DNA from: a virus
Length of the DNA stretch: 64,000 nucleotides
Direction: 5' to 3' (one strand)
Virus record (IMG/VR): IMGVR_UViG_3300036715_003363
A program made the translations under genes and the position numbers. Under the pieces are notes generated by a model. That model ran no database searches, was not told the DNA's origin, and was given only the letters and a program-made list of their open reading frames with translations. Of the stretch, positions 54,176 through 64,000 are shown in pieces (positions within the stretch are counted from its first letter, which is position 1; each line of letters begins with the position of its first letter).

Positions 54176-55503
54176 TAACAAAAACAAAACAAAGAGATGT
54201 CGATGATATTAATTCAAGCTTAGATGAAATTCTAAGTGATAAGCAGTTATACGCACGTAAAAAAAGAGTGCGTCGAACAAAGGAAGAACTAAAGCCTAAC
54301 TACGTTGACCCAATTGAAATGGAGAGACTTATTAAGAGCTACTATGTAACCGGAGAGCTATATTCAGAACTTGCTGATATGATTCAAAAGATAGGAACAA
54401 GACTTGGTTATGCTCAGAACTTCATCAACTATTGTGTCGATGAGCAAACAGAGGCACTCACTATGAGAGGGTGGCTCAAGCATAACGAAATTAATGAAGG
54501 TGACATAATTCTTTCATATAATATTCAAACAAGAGCATTGGCGTGGAGCAAAGTGAAAGGAATTTATCGCGCTCCTTATGAAGGATTAATGCATCATCTT
54601 AAATGTGAAGGATTAGATGCGCTTGTGACGCCAGGTCATAAGTTTGTTACATCAGAAGACGGACTGAAGACAGTTGAGAATATTAAATGTACAGATTATG
54701 TTGTATTAAACGGTCTTCCAGTTGAAGATAATACTGCAGTACACAGTGATGAATTTGTTGCTGATCTTGCACCATGTAGAGTAATGTTAACGCACGAATT
54801 TGTATTATCGTTGACACAATCACAGAGAATTAAACTCATTCATACAATGGCAAAGAGTGATGAACAAAATACATCATGGTCATACAACAATGAAGATAAA
54901 GATCTTGTTGATAGTTTTTTAATGCTATGCACACTTGCTGGATTAACAACATCAACAGAACTTGTGCAAAATGTGTCAGAGCTTAGTAGTAATAATTACT
55001 ATGTTGTTAATATTTACAATACACAAAAAACACACTGTCTCGGAGAGTGTATTGATTTTCATGGAGGCAGCCCTGGTCCTGAAGAGGATAATAAATCTAA
55101 TCCAACGGTGCATTATTCCGGAACTGTGTGGTGTCCAGAAACAGAATACGGTACATGGGTGTGTAGAAGAGGTAGCGCAATATACACGACAGGAAATTCC
55201 TACAAGGAGGAAATGATTGGAGATGCAATTATTAAAATGATGACTGCGCTTACAAGACATAGATTTAAATGTGATCTAGGCTTTAATCCATTCTCATATT
55301 TTACAAAAGTTGCTTATCGTGCTTTTCAAAATAGAATTAAGAAAGAGAAGAAAGAGCACGACACAATTCACAGATACCAAGAAGAAGTATACGAACTCTT
55401 AACTGAAAGCGGCCAAATTCCGCATCAGAAAAACACTCACGCAGAAGACGACGGAAGCGATCACTACAATGAGGAGCTTTCAACGGTTTATAGAGATGAG
55501 TAA
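54172..55503 (+). CDS. gp55: T4 gp55-like late sigma factor containing an intein
   Basis: NYVD...IGTRLGYAQNFINY|intein|SYKEEMIGDAI...NPFSYFTKVAYRAFQNRIKKEKK. Confidence 0.9.
   Translation: MITKTKQRDVDDINSSLDEILSDKQLYARKKRVRRTKEELKPNYVDPIEMERLIKSYYVTGELYSELADMIQKIGTRLGYAQNFINYCVDEQTEALTMRGWLKHNEINEGDIILSYNIQTRALAWSKVKGIYRAPYEGLMHHLKCEGLDALVTPGHKFVTSEDGLKTVENIKCTDYVVLNGLPVEDNTAVHSDEFVADLAPCRVMLTHEFVLSLTQSQRIKLIHTMAKSDEQNTSWSYNNEDKDLVDSFLMLCTLAGLTTSTELVQNVSELSSNNYYVVNIYNTQKTHCLGECIDFHGGSPGPEEDNKSNPTVHYSGTVWCPETEYGTWVCRRGSAIYTTGNSYKEEMIGDAIIKMMTALTRHRFKCDLGFNPFSYFTKVAYRAFQNRIKKEKKEHDTIHRYQEEVYELLTESGQIPHQKNTHAEDDGSDHYNEELSTVYRDE
54433..55197 (+). mobile_element. 255-aa intein with degenerate LAGLIDADG-like centre
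   Basis: CVDEQTEALT (A), VTPGHKF (B), YSGTVWCPET (F), YTTGN|S (G). Confidence 0.88.
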
Positions 55504-56548
55504 AATTACAGGTCCGAGAGTTGCATTTATTAGCGACATCCATCTCGGAGTTCATCAGAATTCCCAGACATGGCACGATATTGCTATTAACTATGCGTAT
55601 TGGTTAAAGGATCAGCTCCACGACCAAGGAATTAAAGATCTTATAATTGCGGGAGATATTTTTCATAATAGACATGAAATCGGGGTTAATACTCTTCACG
55701 TTGCGTACAGGTTCTTTAAAATTCTAGAAGATTTTAACATTGTAGCGATTAGCGGCAATCATGATGCATATAGAAAGAATACATCTGATATTAACTCAAT
55801 CTCAATTCTTAACGGTAAGAATATAACAATCTACGACAGCCTTCATCAAGAGATAATTAACGGCAAAAAAATTACATTTTGTCCGTGGGGAACGGAATTA
55901 ACAGATATTCCGACCTGTGATATTATTATTGGACACTTTGAAATTATAAACTTTAGAATGAATCAAATCCGTGTTTGTGATCACGGATTACAGACTGACG
56001 GACTACTTGATAAGGCGGATATGATCATTACTGGTCACTTTCACTATAGAGAGCACAGAAAATATGAGAACGGAAAGAGTATTATATATCTCGGCTCTCC
56101 TCACGAGCTAGACTTCGGAGATCGCGATCAAGTTAAAGGAATTACAATTATTGATACAAACACTCTTAATGTTGAGTTTATTGAAAATACAGTTTCACCA
56201 AAACATAAAAATATTAGTGTTTCAAAACTATCTGAGTCAACTCCAGAAGAAATTGAAAAACTTGTATCAAATAATATTATCAGTCTTCATGTTGATACAA
56301 AAACATCCCCTCAGAACGTTGATTTGATTTTATCAAAATTCGGAGGATATAAACCTCTGCAGATGAGAACAGAGTTTAGCACATTTGAAGAGAATTATGT
56401 CAACGCAGAAGATCTTGAAAGTCTAAGCTTCGACATTGAAACAGCCATTCATGAATTTGTTAATTTGCTTACTGCAGATGTAAGCAAGAAAGATATTCTT
56501 GATAAATGCATTGAAGTATATAAACTTAGTCAAACATCACATGAGTAA
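55496..56548 (+). CDS. gp47: T4 gp47-like recombination nuclease (Mre11/SbcD)
   Basis: SDIHLG, AGDIFHNR, SGNHD, GHFE, TGHFH, YLGSP. Confidence 0.92.
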   Translation: MSKITGPRVAFISDIHLGVHQNSQTWHDIAINYAYWLKDQLHDQGIKDLIIAGDIFHNRHEIGVNTLHVAYRFFKILEDFNIVAISGNHDAYRKNTSDINSISILNGKNITIYDSLHQEIINGKKITFCPWGTELTDIPTCDIIIGHFEIINFRMNQIRVCDHGLQTDGLLDKADMIITGHFHYREHRKYENGKSIIYLGSPHELDFGDRDQVKGITIIDTNTLNVEFIENTVSPKHKNISVSKLSESTPEEIEKLVSNNIISLHVDTKTSPQNVDLILSKFGGYKPLQMRTEFSTFEENYVNAEDLESLSFDIETAIHEFVNLLTADVSKKDILDKCIEVYKLSQTSHE

Positions 56549-57230
56549 AAAAATTGCAATCGGGTATCTTAGTTCAAGAGGCACTATTTCATCAAACATA
56601 ACAGAGCTTCCAATTATTGCTAAAAACATTAGCATCAACATAACAGCTGACAAAAACTCACTTCTTAGAAGCTTTATGCATACAGAATTTGCATTTAGTG
56701 ACGGAATTCATAAAGCGGATTACTTTATTTTGTATAATACAAAAAGTGAACTTAAACAATTATCATATGATGAGATTATTAATCTTTCAAAAAAATATGT
56801 CAACGCAATTGAAGAGACAGGTATTCAATATTTTACAGGCTATCTTGAAAGTAAATATATAATTGATTATGGTAATACTCAAATTAATGTAAGTCACGGA
56901 GAAGAACAAAAAGTTATTCTAGAGGTATTGTCTCGAAAAGCAGTTGAATCAGTTGGATACCTCGATGTAAGATTTCAAGATACATTATGTTCAATGGATT
57001 ATGCAATTAGATTGGGAGGCACAAAATACTACCCATCAAGAACATTTAAAGCGCAGCCGTGGCTTATTGATATTGTTCAAGGCGACTCAAAGATAGCTAA
57101 GCAAGTAATTGACACGCATATGGCCGGATGGTACAAGTACAAGCATGAGTCTCTACCTTGGGAACAGCAGGGAGGTAATTTAGTTAACCTTAAAAAGGAG
57201 CTAAAGGAAATTAAGAATGATACAAAATAA
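56541..57230 (+). CDS. Hypothetical (glycosyltransferase-island) protein
   Basis: Coupled to neighbours; start placed at MSKKIAIG. Confidence 0.5.
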   Translation: MSKKIAIGYLSSRGTISSNITELPIIAKNISINITADKNSLLRSFMHTEFAFSDGIHKADYFILYNTKSELKQLSYDEIINLSKKYVNAIEETGIQYFTGYLESKYIIDYGNTQINVSHGEEQKVILEVLSRKAVESVGYLDVRFQDTLCSMDYAIRLGGTKYYPSRTFKAQPWLIDIVQGDSKIAKQVIDTHMAGWYKYKHESLPWEQQGGNLVNLKKELKEIKNDTK

Positions 57231-58017
57231 AATCGGTGTTGCTCTTATAACATGTGATCGCCCAGCAATGCTTGGTGAATCGCTACAGTCAATTATTATC
57301 ACTAAAGATAATTACGATGAATTTATTGTTGTCAATGATGGAAAAAGCGCGATAGAATTCGATAGCATTAACAACGATCCTCCTTATCAAGGTGTAGGAG
57401 TATCAAAGAGTAAAGCTCTACGGTATCTGTATGAAAAAGACTGTGAGCATATTTTTCTCATAGAGGATGATATTACAATTGATGCTGGTGTGTTTCAAGC
57501 CTATATTAATGCATCTAAAGCAACAGGAATTAAGCATCTTAACTTCGGATTGCATGGCAATCACAATAAAGACGCCCGAGGTAATCCAGTTATTAGAAAA
57601 ACTGTAGAGTATCCGGACGGTACAAAAATAGACCTTTACAATAATGTACTCGGAGCATTTAGCTACTATCATCGATATGTAATTGAAGATTGTGGATTTA
57701 TGAATGAGTTATACTTTAACGGATTAGAGCATGTATCTCATACATTAGAAATTGCTGAAAAGGGGTACACTTCTCCTTTTCGCTGGTTTGCAGATATTCA
57801 CGATTCAGAAAAATATATAAAAGATATTGATAAGAATCACGAAGGATCAAAAATTAGAAACGAAAAAGATTTTCATGAGCAGTTTAAAAAGAATCTGGAC
57901 ATATTCATTACACAGCATGGATTCTCTGTTGTAGGAGGATACGGTCCACCTGAAAAATTTTATACTGAGGAAGAAACAATCAAACAGTTAAAACAAATTT
58001 ACAATGAATCAAGATAA
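57217..58017 (+). CDS. GT2-like glycosyltransferase
   Basis: IVVNDG, FLIEDD, LEHVSHT. Confidence 0.8.
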   Translation: MIQNKIGVALITCDRPAMLGESLQSIIITKDNYDEFIVVNDGKSAIEFDSINNDPPYQGVGVSKSKALRYLYEKDCEHIFLIEDDITIDAGVFQAYINASKATGIKHLNFGLHGNHNKDARGNPVIRKTVEYPDGTKIDLYNNVLGAFSYYHRYVIEDCGFMNELYFNGLEHVSHTLEIAEKGYTSPFRWFADIHDSEKYIKDIDKNHEGSKIRNEKDFHEQFKKNLDIFITQHGFSVVGGYGPPEKFYTEEETIKQLKQIYNESR

Positions 58018-58792
58018 AATAGGTGTAGGAGTAATCACGTATAATTCAGAAGACTATTTTAAGAAGTTGTGGCATTCAATACCTCGTCATCTCGTACAGG
58101 AATTAGTAGTCGTTAACGGAGGGGACCCTTATAAAGGAGATTATAAAGGAGCCCGTTGGATTCAACACACTGAAAATAAATATCCTGCAGTTTGCAGAAA
58201 CGAAGCAGTCCAGCATCTCCTAGATACTAATTGTACTCACCTGTTTCTTATTGAAGATGATATGATTATTAGGACATCTGGAATATTTAACGCATATATT
58301 AAAGCATCAGAAATTAGCGGACTAAAGTATTTTTCGTTTGCAAGCACATCCTGGGAAAGCGGAACCCCGGAAAGAAGAACACCACAATTTACAGTATCGT
58401 ATCCAGACGGAATAAATGTTTCGCTTTATAAAAATATGTGTAACGAGTTTACATATCATCACAGATCATGCTTTGAAAAGACTGGTATGTACGATACTCA
58501 ATTTCGTGATCCGTTTGATATTGACATGGCATATAGAGAGTCTCAACAAGATTACTGCGCACCGTTTTGGTACTTTGCAGACATTGCGAACGCAGATGTG
58601 TTTATACAAAATAATCCAGTTGCAGTCAGCAGACTTCAAGCAGAAGGAAGACCAGACGGATCCCGCGAACAGAGAATTCAAGAGCAGTGGAATCTCTTCA
58701 TTAAAAAACATGGATTAATGGTTAATCAGATTCCGGATATTGGTGCTATAGAAGCACTCAACAAATTAAGATCTATTGCTCAACCATCATGA
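58004..58792 (+). CDS. GT2-like glycosyltransferase
   Basis: VVVNGG, RNEAV, FLIEDD; paralogue of the previous gene. Confidence 0.8.
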   Translation: MNQDKIGVGVITYNSEDYFKKLWHSIPRHLVQELVVVNGGDPYKGDYKGARWIQHTENKYPAVCRNEAVQHLLDTNCTHLFLIEDDMIIRTSGIFNAYIKASEISGLKYFSFASTSWESGTPERRTPQFTVSYPDGINVSLYKNMCNEFTYHHRSCFEKTGMYDTQFRDPFDIDMAYRESQQDYCAPFWYFADIANADVFIQNNPVAVSRLQAEGRPDGSREQRIQEQWNLFIKKHGLMVNQIPDIGAIEALNKLRSIAQPS

Positions 58793-59577
58793 AAATTGTA
58801 ATCGGAGTAAACACATATAAAGAAGAGACATCTTTTAATAACAGAGAGCAGATGTGTGTTGACTCATTGCGTGTAATTAAACAAAAACACAATATTGAAT
58901 TATATAGCTTTACGTTCTTCGATGAACAATTTGAAATTAATGACTTTAATAACTGTCATAATCTTCAAGATATTCCAAATGTAACAAATAGAAAGGTTCC
59001 GTTTGTTAATGAAATATTTGATAAATTATCCGACATTGATTGCGACTATTTTATATTTGTTAATAATGATGTAGCAGTCTCAAATAGATTTATTAAAGAA
59101 ATTGAAAGAAATAATGTAGACTGTCTTCCGGCAAGTAAACTTCATTTTACAAAATTAGATTCAATTAATGACAAAGAAAGCATTCCTCAGTCATTAAGTG
59201 TACACGGTTTTGATGGATTCGCAATCAGGTCATATTGGTGGAAAGAAAACAGAATAAAATTTAAGCCGATGCTTCTCGGATGTGCATATTGGGACACATA
59301 TTTTTATTCTAAGTGTCAGTTATACGGAGAATGCATAACCTTAAATAAGCCACCTGCAGTTATATTTCACCTTGATCATCAAAGCACATCTATGGAAGCT
59401 GAGCCTGGAAATGCATTTAACGAAAAGAATTTTGTTGAAGACGAAGATAATATTAACACAAGGTGGTTTAGTTACGTACAAAACGTCTTGCTTAAAAGAC
59501 CTACTCACAATAATATATTATGGTACACTCCGTTTACGAACGAAGCCGAACTAGAAAAACAATACTTTACAAAATGA
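58789..59577 (+). CDS. GT-A-like glycosyltransferase
   Basis: FIFVNNDV, FDGFAI, AYWD. Confidence 0.6.
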   Translation: MKIVIGVNTYKEETSFNNREQMCVDSLRVIKQKHNIELYSFTFFDEQFEINDFNNCHNLQDIPNVTNRKVPFVNEIFDKLSDIDCDYFIFVNNDVAVSNRFIKEIERNNVDCLPASKLHFTKLDSINDKESIPQSLSVHGFDGFAIRSYWWKENRIKFKPMLLGCAYWDTYFYSKCQLYGECITLNKPPAVIFHLDHQSTSMEAEPGNAFNEKNFVEDEDNINTRWFSYVQNVLLKRPTHNNILWYTPFTNEAELEKQYFTK

Positions 59578-60365
59578 ACATCTCAGTAGCTCTTGCAATA
59601 AACTATACAAAAACAAACATATCACCATTTCTTAAGAGCTATGAAAAATACGCTTCAGGTATTCTATACATTCTCACAGATAAGATGGATCAGTATGAAG
59701 GATTTAAAAATATTGTAGCAGTAAATGTAATTGATATTATTCAAAAATATAGAATTGACACTACAAAACTAACTCCGTACAATCTTAAGCCAATTGTTTA
59801 CTATCTATTTTTAAAGGATTTTGATCAACCAGTCGAAAATGTGTTTCTTACAGACGTTGATGTTGTATTTCAGTCAGATCCGTTTGCAATTCTCAATGAA
59901 ATAAAAACAGACACATTTATAATATGCGAAGAAAAGAAACTCTACAGTGAGTGCGATACGAATACAACCTGGTACAACATGGGTTATAGAGATTCATATG
60001 ACAAGGTTATCAATGAAAAAATTCTTAATTGCGGCATCACTCTCGGAACAAAAGCATCTGTTCAGGACTACCAAAAGCAAGTTGCAAAAGAACTTGAAGT
60101 TGTCATGGCAAGACAGCCGTACTTTGCGTATGATCAAGTAATCCTTAATGTCCTATACTATACAACTAAAACCGTGAATCCCACAATTCTCCCGCACGGA
60201 AACAACTATATAGTACACCTGGCTCACGTTGATGATAGTGAGTTAAATGATAAGAATGTCGTTAATAATCAACTTCTTAATAATGACGGTGTTCCCTATC
60301 CAATTGTTCATCAATTTAATGAGCGCCTCTCTCTAAATGAAATGTTTATAAAACTTTACGAATAA
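59574..60365 (+). CDS. Nucleotide-diphospho-sugar transferase
   Basis: FLTDVDVVFQSDPF, ILNCG, DQVILN, IVHQFN. Confidence 0.75.
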   Translation: MNISVALAINYTKTNISPFLKSYEKYASGILYILTDKMDQYEGFKNIVAVNVIDIIQKYRIDTTKLTPYNLKPIVYYLFLKDFDQPVENVFLTDVDVVFQSDPFAILNEIKTDTFIICEEKKLYSECDTNTTWYNMGYRDSYDKVINEKILNCGITLGTKASVQDYQKQVAKELEVVMARQPYFAYDQVILNVLYYTTKTVNPTILPHGNNYIVHLAHVDDSELNDKNVVNNQLLNNDGVPYPIVHQFNERLSLNEMFIKLYE

Positions 60366-61312
60366 TGTCAACTTTAATCTACGTCTTCATTAATAACAAC
60401 TTTAAGGCTACGTCTGAGAGCTTTAAGAGTAGTTATAGTTATAGTGAAATTCCTGATTACTATCTTGACACTCTTAAGTTTAATAGCAAAAAGTTTACAA
60501 ACACATATCTACTTACACAAAAAGAAGAAATTGAAAGACTTAGAACTATCGTTCCGAGTAATGTTGAGCTCATTGATGTCGAAGAAGTCGTATGTACCAC
60601 TCCGGAATTTATTGAAGCCCAAAAAATAATTGACACAAAATGGGCAAGATACAAGAACGATACGTTTTGGTACACGACATTTATACGAGTAATTCTTTTA
60701 AGCTTGTTTGTAAAGGTAAAAGGATGTACAAACAATATTCATGTCGAAGCTGATAATATTATTTATGAAAACGACTTTACTCAGATCAACAATCTTTTTG
60801 GTAGCGGTGAATTTGGATTTACGAGCGAAGCACCAAATTCATCCGCGCCATCTTTAATATATCTTAAAGACGAAAAATCTGGAGAGAATCTTTTTAATCT
60901 TCATTTAAAGCTCCTTAAAAAAGGAGACGATGTGCTTGCTCCTTATGTAGGACACTTTGGAACATGGATTACAGATATGGCTTTTCTCGATCTAATTCGA
61001 ATTAAAGGAGACAATTTTAAAATGCTCCCATGTCTTCCATCCGGGCCTTTTTCTGAAAATTTTGATAAGCTTCATGCAGTATTTGATCCAACTTCATACG
61101 GACAATATATCAGCGGAACAAATAATGGACATGATGAAGGGTACCATGAAGCAAGACATTATGTTGGCAACGAAATTGTAAAAGGAACACTAACAATTAA
61201 TTCAAGCCCTATTCCGAGTATCAGATTTAACGATATTCCTTATCCGATCTTTAATTTACACGTTCATAATAAGAAAAAAATAAAGGAACTAATACGCAAT
61301 GCTGGACAATAG
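60365..61312 (+). CDS. Glycosyltransferase-like protein
   Basis: HVEADNIIY, TDMAFL, VFDPTSYGQYISG, NLHVH. Confidence 0.65.
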   Translation: MSTLIYVFINNNFKATSESFKSSYSYSEIPDYYLDTLKFNSKKFTNTYLLTQKEEIERLRTIVPSNVELIDVEEVVCTTPEFIEAQKIIDTKWARYKNDTFWYTTFIRVILLSLFVKVKGCTNNIHVEADNIIYENDFTQINNLFGSGEFGFTSEAPNSSAPSLIYLKDEKSGENLFNLHLKLLKKGDDVLAPYVGHFGTWITDMAFLDLIRIKGDNFKMLPCLPSGPFSENFDKLHAVFDPTSYGQYISGTNNGHDEGYHEARHYVGNEIVKGTLTINSSPIPSIRFNDIPYPIFNLHVHNKKKIKELIRNAGQ

Positions 61313-62102
61313 TTTCATAATTACTCCAGACCGATTTCAAGAGCTTGCAACAAATCTTATTGCTCGTCACGAAACAAAACTCACGTTTAATCCGAGTGAT
61401 AACATAATATTTCTTCACGGAGATAATATGAGATTATTCATGACAGACGTCCTTCCGAAAATTACATACAAGTTTATTCTCATCACTCATGATGCAGACG
61501 CTCCAGTTACAGAAGACTATTTAGATATTTTAAACAATCAATATTTAGTAAAATGGTTTGGAATGAACTGTCACATTCTTCACGATAAGCTCTTTCCAAT
61601 TCCAATTGGAATGGCAAACGAGATCTGGCCTCACGGAAATAAAGAAGTAATGACGAGGATTATCAGTGAAAGAAATATAAAAACAAACCTAGTATATTGT
61701 AATTTTGCTATTAGTACAAACGCAACTGAAAGATATTCCGCATATCAAGAACTTCAAAGTAAATACTTTATTGACTTTGAAACTCAAAAACTAACTTTTG
61801 AGGAATATGTTCGAAAGTTGAGCACATATAAGTATGTAATTTCTCCTCCAGGCAACAGTGTTGATTGTCATCGCATTTGGGAATCAATGTATGTTTACAC
61901 AATTCCAATATGCAAAAAAAGTATTCCTCTCGTGTCATTTAAAGACTGCCCAATAATGTTTATCAATAGCTGGAGAGAAGTTACATCTGAATATCTGGAA
62001 GAAAAATATGATACAATAATTGCAAAAGATTCAACAAAGTCAGATTTTAATTATTATAAGAACGTAATACTCGAACTTGCAAGCTCTATTAACAATATAT
62101 AA
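61299..62102 (+). CDS. Exostosin (GT47)-like protein
   Basis: LITHDAD, IPIGMAN, YVISPPGNSVDCHRIWES. Confidence 0.7.
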   Translation: MLDNSFIITPDRFQELATNLIARHETKLTFNPSDNIIFLHGDNMRLFMTDVLPKITYKFILITHDADAPVTEDYLDILNNQYLVKWFGMNCHILHDKLFPIPIGMANEIWPHGNKEVMTRIISERNIKTNLVYCNFAISTNATERYSAYQELQSKYFIDFETQKLTFEEYVRKLSTYKYVISPPGNSVDCHRIWESMYVYTIPICKKSIPLVSFKDCPIMFINSWREVTSEYLEEKYDTIIAKDSTKSDFNYYKNVILELASSINNI

Positions 62103-62111
62103 TTAGAACAC

Positions 62112-62921
62112 ATGAAGAAAGTATTTTTATCAATGCCATTATATAATGACTGGAAGTATCAGGCCTTTAGGGAGTATATGACCCCACAAAATAAAAAGTA
62201 TTGTGAGATTCATGGATACGAATATCTCGAAACACCAAGAGAGGTTAATGTTACTCAAGTGTTTAATAACATACATGAAAGAGACAATATTATGTTTTTT
62301 AGATGGAAAGTTCTTAAAGATGTTGTTGATGCAGGACACCTAAAAGATGGGGATATTGTAAATATGTTTGATTGCGATGTGTTTATCGTTCAACCAGAAA
62401 AATTATTTGAAACTAAAAAGAGCTTTACATACGCAATCGATTCTGGCAACACTCATTGCATGGGAATTTTTTCATTAAAAGTAAATGAGTTTACAAGAAA
62501 ACTTATTAATGCAATTGTCAGTCAGGAAAGATATGATGCACTTAAAGATTTTTTAGTGTATAAGGAAGATGTAAAACAGAATGTTCCTTTCTATGCATGC
62601 GACCAGCATGCATTTTATCATGTTATTGGAGCAAAGCCTCACAGCTGGGTGTCTTTTCTTGATATGCCAGATTACGGATGGCATTCAAATAGAACAGAGC
62701 ATACTCTCTTTACATTAAAAGAACTTCATGAAAATATTGATGTGCTTGGACCTGAGTGGAATACAACACACCTTTTAGAAGAAACTGGTGACAACGGAAA
62801 GAGAAACTACTACGATATCGTGCACACAACAAAAGACAAAGTTATTAACAGACACTTTGCTGGCGGCCAGCCATGGCTCTGTAAGGAGTGGAAGGAGTAC
62901 AGTAAAATGTATGAAAATTGA
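62112..62921 (+). CDS. GT34-like (GMA12/MNN10-type) glycosyltransferase
   Basis: KKYCEIHGYEY, FDCDV, DQHAF, HFAG. Confidence 0.6.
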   Translation: MKKVFLSMPLYNDWKYQAFREYMTPQNKKYCEIHGYEYLETPREVNVTQVFNNIHERDNIMFFRWKVLKDVVDAGHLKDGDIVNMFDCDVFIVQPEKLFETKKSFTYAIDSGNTHCMGIFSLKVNEFTRKLINAIVSQERYDALKDFLVYKEDVKQNVPFYACDQHAFYHVIGAKPHSWVSFLDMPDYGWHSNRTEHTLFTLKELHENIDVLGPEWNTTHLLEETGDNGKRNYYDIVHTTKDKVINRHFAGGQPWLCKEWKEYSKMYEN

Positions 62922-63612
62922 TAAAATTTATATTATCCATTATTATAAAGAAAAAGAGCGAAGAGAGTACATTGAAAATTATCTCACGAATAGAGCAACT
63001 CCTTTTGAATTTAGATCTCTCTACAATAGAGATAGTGTAGAAGTATATAACGAGGAGTACTTCGATCAATCTGAAGAAAATAAAGAAAGAAGAAACAGAG
63101 TTATTGCAGTTCATGGCAAGGTCATGGAAACAGGAATGCCTCTTGAGTGGGGCGAAAGATCTAGAGCTTATAGGGCATGCACTCTTGAACACTTTAAAAC
63201 ATACGAGCATATACTGCTTAATACAAACTATAATAATATACTCATTCTTGAAGATGATGCAATGTTTAAAGATGACTTTGATGATGGAATACAAAAGATA
63301 TTAGAAGCGCTTACTGATACATACGATGTCTGCTATATTGGATCCGGATGCGATATGCACCTTCCATACGCCACTGATAAAGTCGTAGATCTACATTATC
63401 AATATTATAGCCGATGCAGCGATTCATATATCATTAGTAGAAAGGCTCTTCAAAAAATAGTTGATACAGCTCTTCCGTTCTTCTCTGCAATTGACTGGGA
63501 GCTAAATTATTTACAGGCGCTTAACGAACTAAACGTGTATTGGGCAACGTCGCCTATAACATATCAAGGATCACAACACGGAAAATATAACAGCACATTT
63601 AACATTATATGA
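62911..63612 (+). CDS. GT25-family glycosyltransferase
   Basis: IYIIHY..ERR, ACTLEH, LILEDDA, YIISRKA, IDW; start placed at MKIDKIY. Confidence 0.8.
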   Translation: MKIDKIYIIHYYKEKERREYIENYLTNRATPFEFRSLYNRDSVEVYNEEYFDQSEENKERRNRVIAVHGKVMETGMPLEWGERSRAYRACTLEHFKTYEHILLNTNYNNILILEDDAMFKDDFDDGIQKILEALTDTYDVCYIGSGCDMHLPYATDKVVDLHYQYYSRCSDSYIISRKALQKIVDTALPFFSAIDWELNYLQALNELNVYWATSPITYQGSQHGKYNSTFNII

Positions 63613-64000
63613 GAAAAATTCTATTCTTTAACAACTATCATATTGGTGATGTATTTTTACCTGTAAGCTTTATCAAGAATATTGTTGCGAGCAATCCAGA
63701 TGTAGATTTTTATTATTGGTGTCACGAAGGACACAACTTTTTTAAAGATATTAATATTAAGTTTGCAGTAGATATAACTCACGACATATTGAAACCAGTT
63801 GAAGAAATTGTTGAGTCACGTCACGAAGACTACGAATTAATCAATACATGGATTGTAGGATTCTGGAAAGACAAAAAGTATAAAGATATTCCAGTGCAGG
63901 AATGCGATTTGTGGTATCTTTACGAAGATTTTAAGCGCGTCTGTGAACTAAACAATTTAAATTTTACTCTTAATAAAAAAGATTTATTTTTTACAATGCC
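63609..64000 (+). CDS. Partial ORF running off the window (glycan-related?)
   Basis: MRKILFFNNYHIGDVF..., open to the window end. Confidence 0.5.
   Translation, partial: MRKILFFNNYHIGDVFLPVSFIKNIVASNPDVDFYYWCHEGHNFFKDINIKFAVDITHDILKPVEEIVESRHEDYELINTWIVGFWKDKKYKDIPVQECDLWYLYEDFKRVCELNNLNFTLNKKDLFFTM

Noticed and set aside
1-64000. Stop-codon reassignment
   Set aside because: TAA, TAG and TGA all end genes, conserved genes are intact in code 11, and no suppressor tRNA was found.

Overview
A 64 kb segment of a large, AT-rich T4-like (myovirus-type) phage genome in the standard genetic code. A pilin-like ORF resembling Verrucomicrobia 'Verru_Chthon' proteins tentatively suggests a verrucomicrobial host. 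Left to right: tail-fibre/virion genes and a gp15-like tail completion gene (minus strand); 16 tRNA or tRNA-like genes in two clusters, many structurally atypical; queD, hpt and an HNH nuclease; a WYL-like protein, GroES and a gp62-like clamp loader; a queC + class II glutamine amidotransferase + glycosyltransferase + DUF366-like operon; a RadA-like ATPase; a ~2 kb repeat-rich non-coding region (candidate origin) and a five-copy paralogue array; pilin-like genes; a metallopeptidase/VWA/MoxR-type AAA module; primase, a PD-(D/E)XK nuclease, an AAA ATPase, a nucleotide kinase, queE and a cytidyltransferase; then uvsY-uvsW-gp55-gp47 and a glycosyltransferase island. The most striking signals are three inteins. 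One is a naturally split intein fracturing a KxDG-motif gene around a free-standing HNH endonuclease. One is a split or frameshifted intein in the UvsW DECH motif. One is a contiguous intein in the late sigma factor gp55. All family assignments come from motif recognition by eye; no database search was run.
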